Source: a virus
Reading direction: 5' to 3' (one strand)
Virus record (IMG/VR): IMGVR_UViG_3300021130_000224
Coordinates: 32,001-96,000 of that record
DNA: 64,000 nucleotides
In this document: piece by piece, positions 39,201 through 45,200 of the stretch
How positions within the stretch are numbered: position 1 is the stretch's first letter
Layout of the letters: each line of letters starts with the position of its first letter
Made by a program: the position numbers and the translations under genes
The notes under the pieces: model-generated
What the model was told of the DNA's origin: nothing
Databases searched by the model: none
Seen by the model: only the letters and a program-made list of their open reading frames with translations

Positions 39201-39981
39201 TGATTTTACATATCAATTACTCAAAAAAGCTATTGAATCCCCTGATCTTAAAGTTAAAATATCAAGTATTAATACAGGTGGTCAAACAGGTTTAGATGAA
39301 GCTGGTGCAAAAGCCGGATTAAAATTAGGAATACCAACAAAAATACTTGCACCAAAAGGTTGGAAATTCAGAGATATAAATGGTAATGATATTTCTGATG
39401 AAAAAAGATTTAAGGATAGATTTAAAATGAGTATACCTGTATCTACAGAACGTACTACAGTAAAACCAAATACAAAAGGTGAGTATAATATTTATGCAGG
39501 TACCGGAGAAAATGTAGTTTTATCAAATATGACACCAAGAAAGTTTATTTATAATGGTGGAGAATTTAATTCAGTAGAACAAGCATTTCAGGAAGCTAAA
39601 CTTCAGTTTACAAAAGGTACTGAAAAAGATATTGCCACTCATAAAAAAATCAGTGAAGCAAAATCAGCTTTTGAGGCTAAAAAATATGGCAGAGAATACA
39701 GTACATTAGATGCAAAAGCTTGGGATGAAAATAGTAGTAAATTTATGAAGATGTTTATTAAATCATCTTTTGAACAAAATCCACAAGCACTTAAAGAATT
39801 GCTTGCTACTGGTGATGCTAAACTTACACATAATCAAGATGCTGGTAAATGGGGTACTGAATTTCCAAAAATCCTTATGGAAGTAAGAGATGAATTTAAA
39901 GGTAAAACAACTGCAGAACCAGCAGTAGATGCAAGAGCAAAAAATAATGAAGAAGGTAATAAACCAAATCCAGCATGTTAG
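24226..39981 (+). CDS. Giant virion-packaged DNA-dependent RNA polymerase (phi14:2 gp66-like), polyvalent, with zincin, SLOG and NADAR domains
   Basis: GFRIPTQ (about 35605-35625) and catalytic AGSDFDVDK (DFDVD at 35782-35796); HEAFH at 31276-31290; GGQTGLDEAG SLOG motif; C-terminal NADAR motifs. Confidence 0.85.
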   Translation: MPGTDQFGFPTLPNMDNSQKDANQTLSENQNNVVNPAFVLPSLTRESKNLIPNKSSASGVFDDIMKTAETLTSKGPSLTELTTKTAQDVPKEYRTGKFPMYYGPETEDFYGKSQGTGEKLLYGVGRGISSGSRAFLQSTVGLVNDIASVSTGGSFTDNNLNKWFDTWQKADDLDMPLYQTKEERDRSGWDPRGWVTGNNVAHFIESLGFMAGMAGGAYVTAGAGEFAIGARVTGSIMAAYDEAIASFSELAAKQAILVGVEDGEVVAKALSQQLMNDVKAIQAEATSGAVKLDKVNKLLNASKADLDAKYAAKLLGAEKIKQTIYGGIGNLGIASSAGFEAKEQFKQNYIDSMRERGFELTPEELQKLEGVSTSVARWTATVTGALGAISFGHAFKGIVAKGEAETAVREEINNLVNKEILTSEEIAANKIAKTATGPHIEGKTEYVDPTQATKKADNFIGKVTQSARRVGKVAGQNIGKIYDPFGAITMAEFSMVSPAIENYFSKQYQTGDADVWADAIGPNLERVFGTKEGIGELISGGLASGFFQVGENIKTSGKRKSATEAAANGMNKTYMGTYLKDLTQSIKVGRAFDEEEKDAIMSGDKKKQYDSRMSKLFAYMLPRVKHGKLEYIKSDIRGYRELLATDEGRKQLRASGELPAEGDLVKQAEELNQHLNKIEAYAENADKTYKALRLNHGSDPRFKDEVFEKLLYASSMIDNASERIVNISKELDTNKDITPQIRTQLVELQKLMSRPLTAEESFELLKNLGESREEIINKLSGRKNISDLRNKIVSNIKGLSINETKQQELIGKMGDMLKLTNSKTGYLKDYQTMILNPEMAHDFSRNSLPGFHEEMPMGKGEGEEGGPEKLTKTIKVKHAGSPFILGSDGKKIFTPSDLEVGEEYIGGVRELYDEYKGEPTKMKNFPKFRLEGEVEKERQTSKGILKEKKILISVPVGENGDRRYMEIDPKVFEKYKLTKLKDLQKNEEAMFYVNHANDVFTYEFQKGNSDAIKDGIITFDKDKNVLAFRYRSNDGKVRDHVIDLQRALEEDRLKFKDSKKEISKEEYDRIKNYRDPNYTMKAARQIEIIDEATKEYRTELEEVKGRIKEREDLLGQLQDTIAGIQEKMKKQGTTKKSLTQYTKELVYMQELHDSLHDDLEPLLARREELQSHSDIVEGLKSNILNHPNGVEFIEYLKKSQENIKAEKEKNDTAIEHLKGLISKAKDFIVTLKDSLLKRIAKFEARYPSETPGRIGEMSQSEANTLLTILRANEYDFPKKQGITYDDSSLWKEEQIGTQNPSRLTEQTRALKEFLETNRDFFKDRDEILKDTNILDVKENEIEANEKAIAELLADNKELEKVFNILDKITKQFEEEYKRWKEDVVLTQAYRESPSAQRVLREMQAAMNANSLPIVPTSLLDKAVRAVLRKIPFFKMKGLQRNPFADSIIVDSTNKNTSFYQQHNNWPDRERDFTANLTKWSFKLNGSKFGLGSAIEPDNVKVMVVNTGNQSAFGFEGFVPESYQSYDKSETIFNKGENRDNSRAQVALVYTYQDESGRTFTIDKDGNLLSEIKPGAEQHDFDNMVFTYLDHSNLKRTGAYRAGESKFYDAESFSQDELNAIQASATSMRKKLLDLNGQLLLDFDVMGGFINKPKELDEEISDGTEGDEEPKKKPVINRSVTEVGLMSDSDLSKPNILAVATDVDPENNKVARVDGELIPTALPFLRLKSGKPVILTTNRFTKEQAENIYNVLKKIANSMFRAYGKSEGSAEEGAVDRLRNVSTGKEISAMWRYLSTISYFRRPEEGETLDRNQFYLDGKGNIVMGKTSWKFDPKTLNDPEVKEKIITIIAGSDKIPGLFHNVDSLSLRERGTEPFEEYIVDDNGNVKEVRTWETLNHWYLSDKYPDGTARNKSENDNNIPVTINANVPSSTGDVAIEGRYIKVRGIGEEYKPKIKEKKTEQTHPSAAPKPKAPEPQSAQGKTEPIEEFSFELNGNKYPITDGKIEIVQDYTTYTIIPKIEGNNIKIENAQWSIKDPKTGEVKTAEAKTALKDVFEQKLKEQYADHLAKQAEANKPAEPVVTTDVPVSDIEARRAEIEIKIQEKLKQLDESDKRSLEAIMPNNPNHPTFKVGMRYNDGMRVIIQNAKPSDNFDGREDSYIAITKIIEPAEYRADGKMTKAAKIETTIFNTKEEADKAIADTYAKIQAQVKEGKRQKDANAKFDTELAALDKEGTSTTEEPQVIPAEPQIETKSGKPETTSNVVESVREKAQRLKDQLNGNPPNTRIVQPGEVAVSDHKGHEEFITWLKDKLPGVKYNELHDVVRITGAKSAWGIAKDHIISVFKDAPLSAKYHEAFHPVFDVFLTDREKANVIREFKNRQGKFFDLGSGKYINFADATVYQIADRLAEEFGIYKTTGKMPEYTPKQQNFFKRLWAALTNIFRTPTTIDSIFKKVDEGGFRNTEPLREIGINNYSTVQGLRNRFTEQEISANVKGIALEIYRNLRLDTGKMLKTLEGKTTFKELIDPIKELFNWRFHLEDSEAKFMENGVFTIHAPDSPFGDVQKDSLTQNWQNVLDNWDDYMSEVKSFLKTKGIDFVKKEISGDLEEGESIKESAGEESNNRDYAGDIFQSDAKNNSPKEIKLIFGFVTEDDYDNDLIAKSNFRLQENPKPKMNAISGMDQMSTDTDYFYVVMKEMANVSGLDEMKNKFLSLAQKIPSLVRPYKAIFGEPTANNQPTAEMLRLQHLFEKTFNKQVVTPFMQKISGKESSATINSDSERDTRQIVNDFLSNMTGLHMNTDIVSMDQHGNYTFNTKVLKDPTHKDFIPNPRNGQFPEQKEQMSLEFLNKIGFNFPKEVFNKLSKQDKEKLTKESMRLYDELYRVTAKGSGALISRSGITTPAVDKIADIYLKAERGFRSTQRFTIDGEPAQRYVLHNNLSQNLSEINQVESREKLLQVKPYYGTDPFCQESLLLKENGMWFAETETKGDTRYTPWKDNSKMQVTVTEGIDSNGKKVANKKMNAVTRFMQAMNMNLSGNFYFVTSADSSQDWGARTGETGKFYIPPSVYNNTKYVGDIFAGYLRAEIETIKDFNVNPEKQKWEQLNKKVGGSKIGEQLRFFKGLLSKDAVKKVEEYANGKGPDAELSTSEFVKKIQSDVNEGLNKYISQQVEDAKKMLQKASIIEKGTQGYRWYGLSERVRDLLSADLENKLGRKERPTGDYKKDRDLRIVYNEKEINDIIKFRTLNHLAHGIEMNKVFFGDPAMYKDPFKRMKLFMSGKDFTHTDKGIGVSNLVLADKYNKVGAHTLKKGQVGYHDFTDTLKIFTYDFGDSPSTKIASANWKELPEAYQSNNSIDGQSHIMLPFYREHKLKEGTWPDDREAQYQYDLALFRREATKRFNAGEKKFEKFAYKNNEDDKALKAEDDKLLAQGNPKVANAFYIDKPLAVGMYQSQSRMVPYALKTSTLPLSWELVRGKALEDKYLMMLESGTAYSGPKSQQKFGIPEGAPELYSKVTGKLALTGEIIKAKQLPVSWSDWGKILETSGEKEKITLGSQGTKLDHLHLFTRGIPNDFMTNLSYKERNDQWSKLSPKAKIEKSEFYKLYDNKNKALSALASHGLEVIKDEIGISKNDAGEYELMDASKLVHFLNQEITRRELPQNMKDALGVYLNPKSGKIELTNALETLANFNQIRSIINSLIDKHINSPKVNGKALILASSAMFEDASKGLRVEKINGKDVLVSDHLEFYRIGKDGKPTRRMQVMMTNFMYNELKKKSKLSDAELMKYLMTEEGKELLYGIGFRIPTQGLNSIDSFEIVPFDLRYDKDGQIDYENSKMFVPNTYGDMMVVPAELTTKAGSDFDVDKLFSYLKNFYIDGKGYPRLVKFLDENNSTPEERYVRYVKDSADKKTKIAISAERTEEDDYEKEQFFGKLKDEVKQARELGVKDIKANIKEQINDIRKQAIEQSDSVFAELREVGKKLYSNLSEEVLTEFKALAAENKTNSVKGPAEITSYFTLSSVLLERSDLDENDRNSLLNMNHLYQKELEQLGYNQEWIDERKKEVIEKYKASKELINAKIGEIRQGEVSAFFEALNKLNKEGEFDLHKKIAEASGIMSFEEFNTKNIFEQNTKEAIENKYQQNIHDIVSHPYNFDKLVEPNSAEELKSFEAKLEETRNSKKSQKEKDLLAEEKARKKSGNVDYLDTIDPIKVSEQRQVMLTAKNQIGIAAQANTGNSLAHSAPEPIVIDSNVPLSSQDLKEIPVDANGNKDYSIKLAHNSVEKDGRKLPTISGGEVNLGKISGLISQIIDGSVDAANDPYLMRVFPSKDAVSTAVMLTRLGCDIGDIVMFLNQPILKELYSKQEALAARRLFDPTYRKSNDTMLQNVKAQFGKGKPVFVDKVLSFDMLSDMIAEYEVNPTLRGKDEYSAYQRLILDEYKKYKLYSDHLFQFQMGTTWDGLDNPSPASVYLKNRILEQTKWGNVFGDGNQILKDSFVKTRKETVEEGAKALEKVYKNTFPYIKSIWDAFSKRTIRIGNDAKRAAMDKANISFIDYLTQITTLPGGKTMNAYIGELFFKDDVFAQEFNKAKRENAKKKGTPEYNMALNMLRLDRQIFSRDSRTLSLREKSKDASIQNILTDSFRELKQSNPALYEKIVLFGHLQSGVTDTKLSFNKFIPHEDYSKALIRGIEQLDGGDKTILEQFTKTNQFYKNNWINDEIVPSVGSYLEGEYRADNVSNSVIVLQKGKYGSENPAVKVMSRLNPTTGKYYTEAEEADLEGKGFRFKQTPKLFRRIETDNEPYTVTDSKGNEYYVFKQINALGDGNNVQEYYTTNEPSKRDLHFKITEDSDDTVIDAVDKRYSGGKVTNEEEDMDDTFESTSTVATPINRELSNIKFEEHPSTNYADRTKINASSDATIALATDFTSAGEKATKNSVEQQGKKYIPIDLNKGLDVTQERVNKLVQMLNESAGKDLFAKKEISLNIAGNGIYTMKGRYTQEQVDDFTYQLLKKAIESPDLKVKISSINTGGQTGLDEAGAKAGLKLGIPTKILAPKGWKFRDINGNDISDEKRFKDRFKMSIPVSTERTTVKPNTKGEYNIYAGTGENVVLSNMTPRKFIYNGGEFNSVEQAFQEAKLQFTKGTEKDIATHKKISEAKSAFEAKKYGREYSTLDAKAWDENSSKFMKMFIKSSFEQNPQALKELLATGDAKLTHNQDAGKWGTEFPKILMEVRDEFKGKTTAEPAVDARAKNNEEGNKPNPAC

Positions 39982-40538
39982 TATTATCAGCTCACACGGA
40001 TGTTGTAAGACATGACATCCCACTTACAAATGACAAAGGCACTATGGTCGGGTTACTTGATAACCTGGCCGGTGTCATTTGTATGTACAATGCTATTTAC
40101 TCTAATCCTTCGATTCAACATGCTCTTGCTCAAGGTGATATTAAAATTTTTCACAACAGACATGAGGAGTTTGCGTATGCTGTAAACTTTCCCGACCTTG
40201 ATCCAGAGAAAGATTTTGTTATCAATATTGATGTGTGTGCCGGCGAAAGATATCAGGGTATGGATGCCGGCATTGAGAACTTGTATGGCAAGAAAATAGC
40301 TGAAGTATTAAACGCTCTTGAATGGGAAGGATTTAAGTTCTACTTTTGTGAGTACACTGGAGACCCGGAAGAAGCTGACGAAATGGATCAGTGGGTTGAA
40401 AAGAAAATACCAGGTCTTTCTTTTATTATTCCTATTGATTGCCCGAATGATAACTGGCATGGTGAGGCCCAGCTTCCAATGGAAAGAATGACCAAAGCAA
40501 TACTTATGTTACAAAGATTAATCTGTTATTTATTATAA
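39975..40538 (+). CDS. Minimal M28/M20-clan zinc peptidase/amidohydrolase
   Basis: Metal-ligand motifs in canonical order: SAHTD, GLLDNLAGV, HEE, INIDV, NWHG. Confidence 0.7.
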   Translation: MLVLSAHTDVVRHDIPLTNDKGTMVGLLDNLAGVICMYNAIYSNPSIQHALAQGDIKIFHNRHEEFAYAVNFPDLDPEKDFVINIDVCAGERYQGMDAGIENLYGKKIAEVLNALEWEGFKFYFCEYTGDPEEADEMDQWVEKKIPGLSFIIPIDCPNDNWHGEAQLPMERMTKAILMLQRLICYLL

Positions 40539-40539
40539 A

Positions 40540-41820
40540 ATGGCAAATACAAAGAACAAAACGATACTGGTCCACGATAGTGGTGCATTTTTTGAAATCG
40601 CCCTGGCACTTGCAGATCACTATAAGCAAGTGCTTTATTATGTTCCATGGGAAAGTGGATTCCCAAGTCCTGATAAGGCCCGGGTGGGCACAGAATGGGT
40701 CAATGGTAAACAACTTGATACATTTGATGGAAAAACATTCAAACGTGTGCCAGAGTTTTTTGAGGCATTAAAAGAAGCAGATATTGTATTCTTTACCGAT
40801 TGTTATAATGGTGACCTGATGGAACATCTCAGAGAGATGGGTTATCCTGTCTGTGGTTCTGGCCGGGGCCAAATCCTGGAACTTGACCGTTGGCTATGCA
40901 AGCAGACTTTCAAAGCTGCCGGCATGGATGTAAATCCAATGAAGCGAGTTACAGGAATGACAGCATTGCGTGAGTTGTTGAAGAAAGAGGAAGATCGTTA
41001 TATTAAAATATCTCGATATAGGAAACTGGTTGAAACATTCCACCATGAGACCTACCAGCTCTCTGAGGCAATCCTTGACAAAATGCAGCACGAATTGGGC
41101 CCAATGGCAGAAACCATTGAGTTCATTATTGAAGAGCCAATTGAGGCCATTGTAGAGGAAGGAATCGACTGTTATACAGTTGATGGTAAATACCCAAAGA
41201 ATACTTTGGCCGGCACTGAGGTAAAAGACAGGGCTTATTATGGTGAGATAATGGATTACGATAAATTATCTCCCGGGGTACAGAGGACTACTAACCAGAT
41301 ATCACCAATGCTGAAGAAGTATGGATATAAAGGCTTTTTCAGTACAGAAGTAAGAACAACTAAACATGATGAAAATTTTTTATCTGATTTCACGGCAAGG
41401 CAACCTATGCCGCCTAGTCCTCTGTACACAATTATGTTCGAGAACCTGGGTGAAATCATTTGGGGTATAGCTAATGGTGAGATTGTTGATATCAAACCAA
41501 AGTACAAATGCGGTTTGTATGTTACACTGTATAGTGACTTCTTCGATAGTGACCACCAGCCGGTATGGTTTCCGAAAGAGTACCGGGATAACGTCAAGAT
41601 ATCTTACCCTATCAAGGTAGATGGTAAATATACCGCTATTAATATCAATGGTTTTCCTGAAGTAGGTAGCGTAGTTGTGGGTGGTAACTCTTTTGAGGAA
41701 TGTTACAAGCTGATGGAAAAGATTGCTCCGGAAGTAAAAGGCTATGGACTCAAGATTGAAGTCAAAGATTGTGAAGTAGCTAAGGGTGAGTTTGATAAAA
41801 TGATGGGTAAAAAATCATAA
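40540..41820 (+). CDS. ATP-grasp amide ligase, PurD (GAR synthetase)-like
   Basis: GYPVCGSG...LELDRWLCKQTFKAAGM, YIKISRY, FIIEEPI, GYKGFFSTEV...DFTAR fit the ATP-grasp/PurD architecture; the PurD GxGGRE PRA-binding loop is not present. Confidence 0.7.
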   Translation: MANTKNKTILVHDSGAFFEIALALADHYKQVLYYVPWESGFPSPDKARVGTEWVNGKQLDTFDGKTFKRVPEFFEALKEADIVFFTDCYNGDLMEHLREMGYPVCGSGRGQILELDRWLCKQTFKAAGMDVNPMKRVTGMTALRELLKKEEDRYIKISRYRKLVETFHHETYQLSEAILDKMQHELGPMAETIEFIIEEPIEAIVEEGIDCYTVDGKYPKNTLAGTEVKDRAYYGEIMDYDKLSPGVQRTTNQISPMLKKYGYKGFFSTEVRTTKHDENFLSDFTARQPMPPSPLYTIMFENLGEIIWGIANGEIVDIKPKYKCGLYVTLYSDFFDSDHQPVWFPKEYRDNVKISYPIKVDGKYTAININGFPEVGSVVVGGNSFEECYKLMEKIAPEVKGYGLKIEVKDCEVAKGEFDKMMGKKS

Positions 41821-41821
41821 T

Positions 41822-42211
41822 ATGGCAAAATTAGCAACTGCTGCAGAAAATGCTTCTAGGTTTGTACCCACCTCGATGGAGAGTGAAGGTATGGGAAAGA
41901 AGTGGTTATTAAAGGAAATGATGCATACAGAGTATCTCTGTGTTGAACATCCACATGTAGCACTCAAGTTTCTGCCTGGGGGAATCCTTCAGGTATTTGG
42001 TGAGCAGAAACAACCAATCATTCACCGATATTCTATTTCTCACCAGGTTGATGAGGATGAATACTATATGGAGGTAATACCTAACCTGACTGATGAGCCA
42101 GGTAAACTGAAAATGGACATAATGAAGAATCATCTAACTTTGACTAATAAAAATGGTGAGGTCCTTCATCTGAATAAACTTAATTTAAGAGCTTACGACA
42201 ACGCTAAATAA
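41822..42211 (+). CDS. Hypothetical beta-rich protein
   Basis: 129-aa ORF tightly packed between the ATP-grasp gene and the 1835-aa gene. Confidence 0.55.
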   Translation: MAKLATAAENASRFVPTSMESEGMGKKWLLKEMMHTEYLCVEHPHVALKFLPGGILQVFGEQKQPIIHRYSISHQVDEDEYYMEVIPNLTDEPGKLKMDIMKNHLTLTNKNGEVLHLNKLNLRAYDNAK

Positions 42212-42212
42212 T

Positions 42213-45200
42213 ATGGCAATCTGGGGTACTGACTGTGGCCGGGTAAAACTTTCCGGTAAAATGATCAAATCTGTTTCTGCTAAAAACGGAAATGAATCAA
42301 AATTGTATAAAGATATATTAGAACAGCTTGATACTTTACCAAAAGAAGAAGTTGATCAGCTCAGAAAATCTTTTAAAGATTGGGAAGGGGATATTGTAGG
42401 AGATGTTGATAACAAGCGACATCTGGCTTTAGCATTATATGCTAAAACAAATAGTCCAAATTTTAAAAATGAGTTCAAAGGACAATTTGATAACAACAAT
42501 GAACCTGTGTCAAAAGATGCATTAGATATTCTTTTAAAGAAAAATGAAGAACTACAAGAACAAAAAGTAGAATCAGAGGATATATATAAACAACTGCCTA
42601 CAGAAAAGGAGGAAACAAAACCATCAAAAGCATCTGAAGTAACAGTTGATGAGTTTAAAGAATTTTTGAAACGTGCAGGTATACCATTGAATGAAATGGT
42701 TAAAGGTAGGGTTGATGAAAATGGTAATCCTATTACTCCTGAAAATGCTGCTTATATTTCGGAAAGACTTGTAAATGTTATTGATGGTGAACAAGCAACA
42801 GCATTACCAGAAGAGGCATCTCACCATGCTGTTCAGTATATAAAAATACATGACCCTAAGTTATTCAAAGCAATGATGAATAAGGTGGGTAATTATAATT
42901 TATATGGAGAGATTGCTGAACAGTACAAAAATGATTCTGCTTATAAATTAGAAGATGGTAAACCAAATATTCCAAAAATCAAGGAAGAAACCTTAACAAG
43001 GTTATTTGTTGAGAATGTTATTAAAATTAAAGAAGGTAGTACTGAAAAACCGGAACTTGTTGCACAAACTCAAACTTGGTGGAAACAAGTAATTGAATCA
43101 TTACGTAGCTTCTTTAATACCGGTTCTTTTGATCCGTTCAGAAAAGCAGCAAAACAATTTGTTGAAAAAGAAGGTGCTTTTTCAGATGAGAATGTAAAAA
43201 ACAAAGTTGATCAATTAAAAGATTGGAAATCAAGTGAAAACTTTAAAGACTTTTCTACAAACACAATAGAAAACTTTAAGGGTGTTGTTGAACAAGTACC
43301 TGATCATACTGCTATTGTTACTCATGGTACTGTAATATCATTACTTAAAACCTGGAAGGATAATAAATACCAGGATGGAGAAGTATCAATGGATGTTTTC
43401 CAAAAACAAGAAATTAACAATGGTCACATTGAAGAGATAGATTATAACGGTAAAAAGATATTTCTTGTTCGTCATGGTGAATCAGAAGCAAATGTTGATG
43501 ATGTAGAATCAACTGATAATACCCCTCTTACCCAAAAAGGTAAAGAAGATGCAATGAAGGTTGCTCAAGAGCTTCGTGATAAAGGTATTGTCAAAATTGT
43601 ATCTACTGAAACAGACAGGACAAAAGGAACTGCAGAAATTATCAGAAAAGAATTAGGACTCTCTGACAAGTTTGCTCAGGTAGATAAACAGAAAGCTACT
43701 TTTGATGCTATTGTTGCAACTCTTAATAAGATCAAAAAAGAAGTTACTGCTGATGAGAACTACTACTTAAATGTAGAAAAGAATAAAAAGGTTCAGAATA
43801 GAATAACCGATAGAGCACAACGTATAGTAGATGCTGCTTTTGGCGACAGAGAAATAAGTGAAGAACAGCGTAAAGAATGGGATCAAAAAGCTGCTACAGG
43901 TAGTGCAGGTCATGATGATATTGCTAATATCTTCTCAAGGTATATTGATAAAACAACCGGTTTTGTAAGAAAGAAAAATGGTCAGTTTGCACCATTAGAT
44001 ATGGAGGGTTACGTTTCTAAAATAAACCCAGATAACGATGATTATTATAGCATGCTTGAAAAGATGATGCGAGATGTCATTAGTGAATACCCTGAAAATA
44101 CCAGGTTTATATGGGAAACACCTATTTATAATGAACTTACTGATGAAGCAGGTACTCCTGACTTTCTTGCTATTCTTCCTGATGGTACTGTAGACAATCT
44201 TGACTGGAAGTTTCTTGATATTAAGGATAATGTAAAGGATATAGCCAAATATAAAAAGAAAGCATTCAATGTTCAAATGAAAGGCTATGCCGAAATACTT
44301 CGTAATTCTTATGGTGTAGAAAAAATAGGTAGAAGCAGAATCATGCCTATACAAGCAAAGTACAAATTTGATGACATTACAGGTCAAAAAATATTTGCCG
44401 GCATAGAGATTGCCAATAGTGAAGACAACTATAAAGGGGAAAAAAGAGACTATCTTATTCCTCTCCCATCTGAAGTAGAAACAGTAAGAGAAAACTCAGA
44501 AATACAAGATCAAGTTGAGAAAATGAATAAACTTCTTGATCAGCTTTCTAAACAGAAAAAAGAAGAAATTAGCGAAGACAAAAAAAGAACTTATGAGCAA
44601 AGAATTGCAGAGGTTATGAAAGCAATTCGTTATGCTCAGGTAAAAAAAGATGCAACATCTGCAGTAGAATCTATTAGTGGTTACCTAAATGAAATAGGCC
44701 CTAAGTTTAAAGAATACATGAAGATATTTGAAGAAGGTAAGGAGTCTCAATATACACTTAGTGACTTAAATAGAATGGCAGATGAAGTGTACCGTTCTTA
44801 TGAATATCTTGCTCCTTTTTACAACCTTGAGCACGTATATAAAGATCCGGAAACAAAAGCAATGCTTTATGATCTATCTTACAGAATAAGTGAGGCAGGT
44901 AAATATATGGATAAACTAAGTGCTTTACTTATAGAAAAAGGTGTAGCAAATAGATTTAATCTTTTTGGTGTAGCAGGTACTGATCCTATGACAGGTAAAC
45001 CATTTGCTGACCAATTAGTAAGTTGGGGTAAAAAGCTTTGGACTACAAGTGCTAATGCAAAAACAAGAGCCGGTCAATTATTTCATCATGTAAGAGATTT
45101 GGTTTATCAAAAATCAACTTTTAAAAATATGGAAGTGCAAGATGGATACGATAAAATTGCACAACCTGTTTTAGAATGGGTAAAGAAAAGGTCCAGAAAA

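Noticed and set aside
40540-41820. Calling the ATP-grasp gene purD as an auxiliary metabolic gene
   Set aside because: The PurD N-terminal GxGGREH loop and other pur genes are missing, and the context is virion cargo plus a peptidase.
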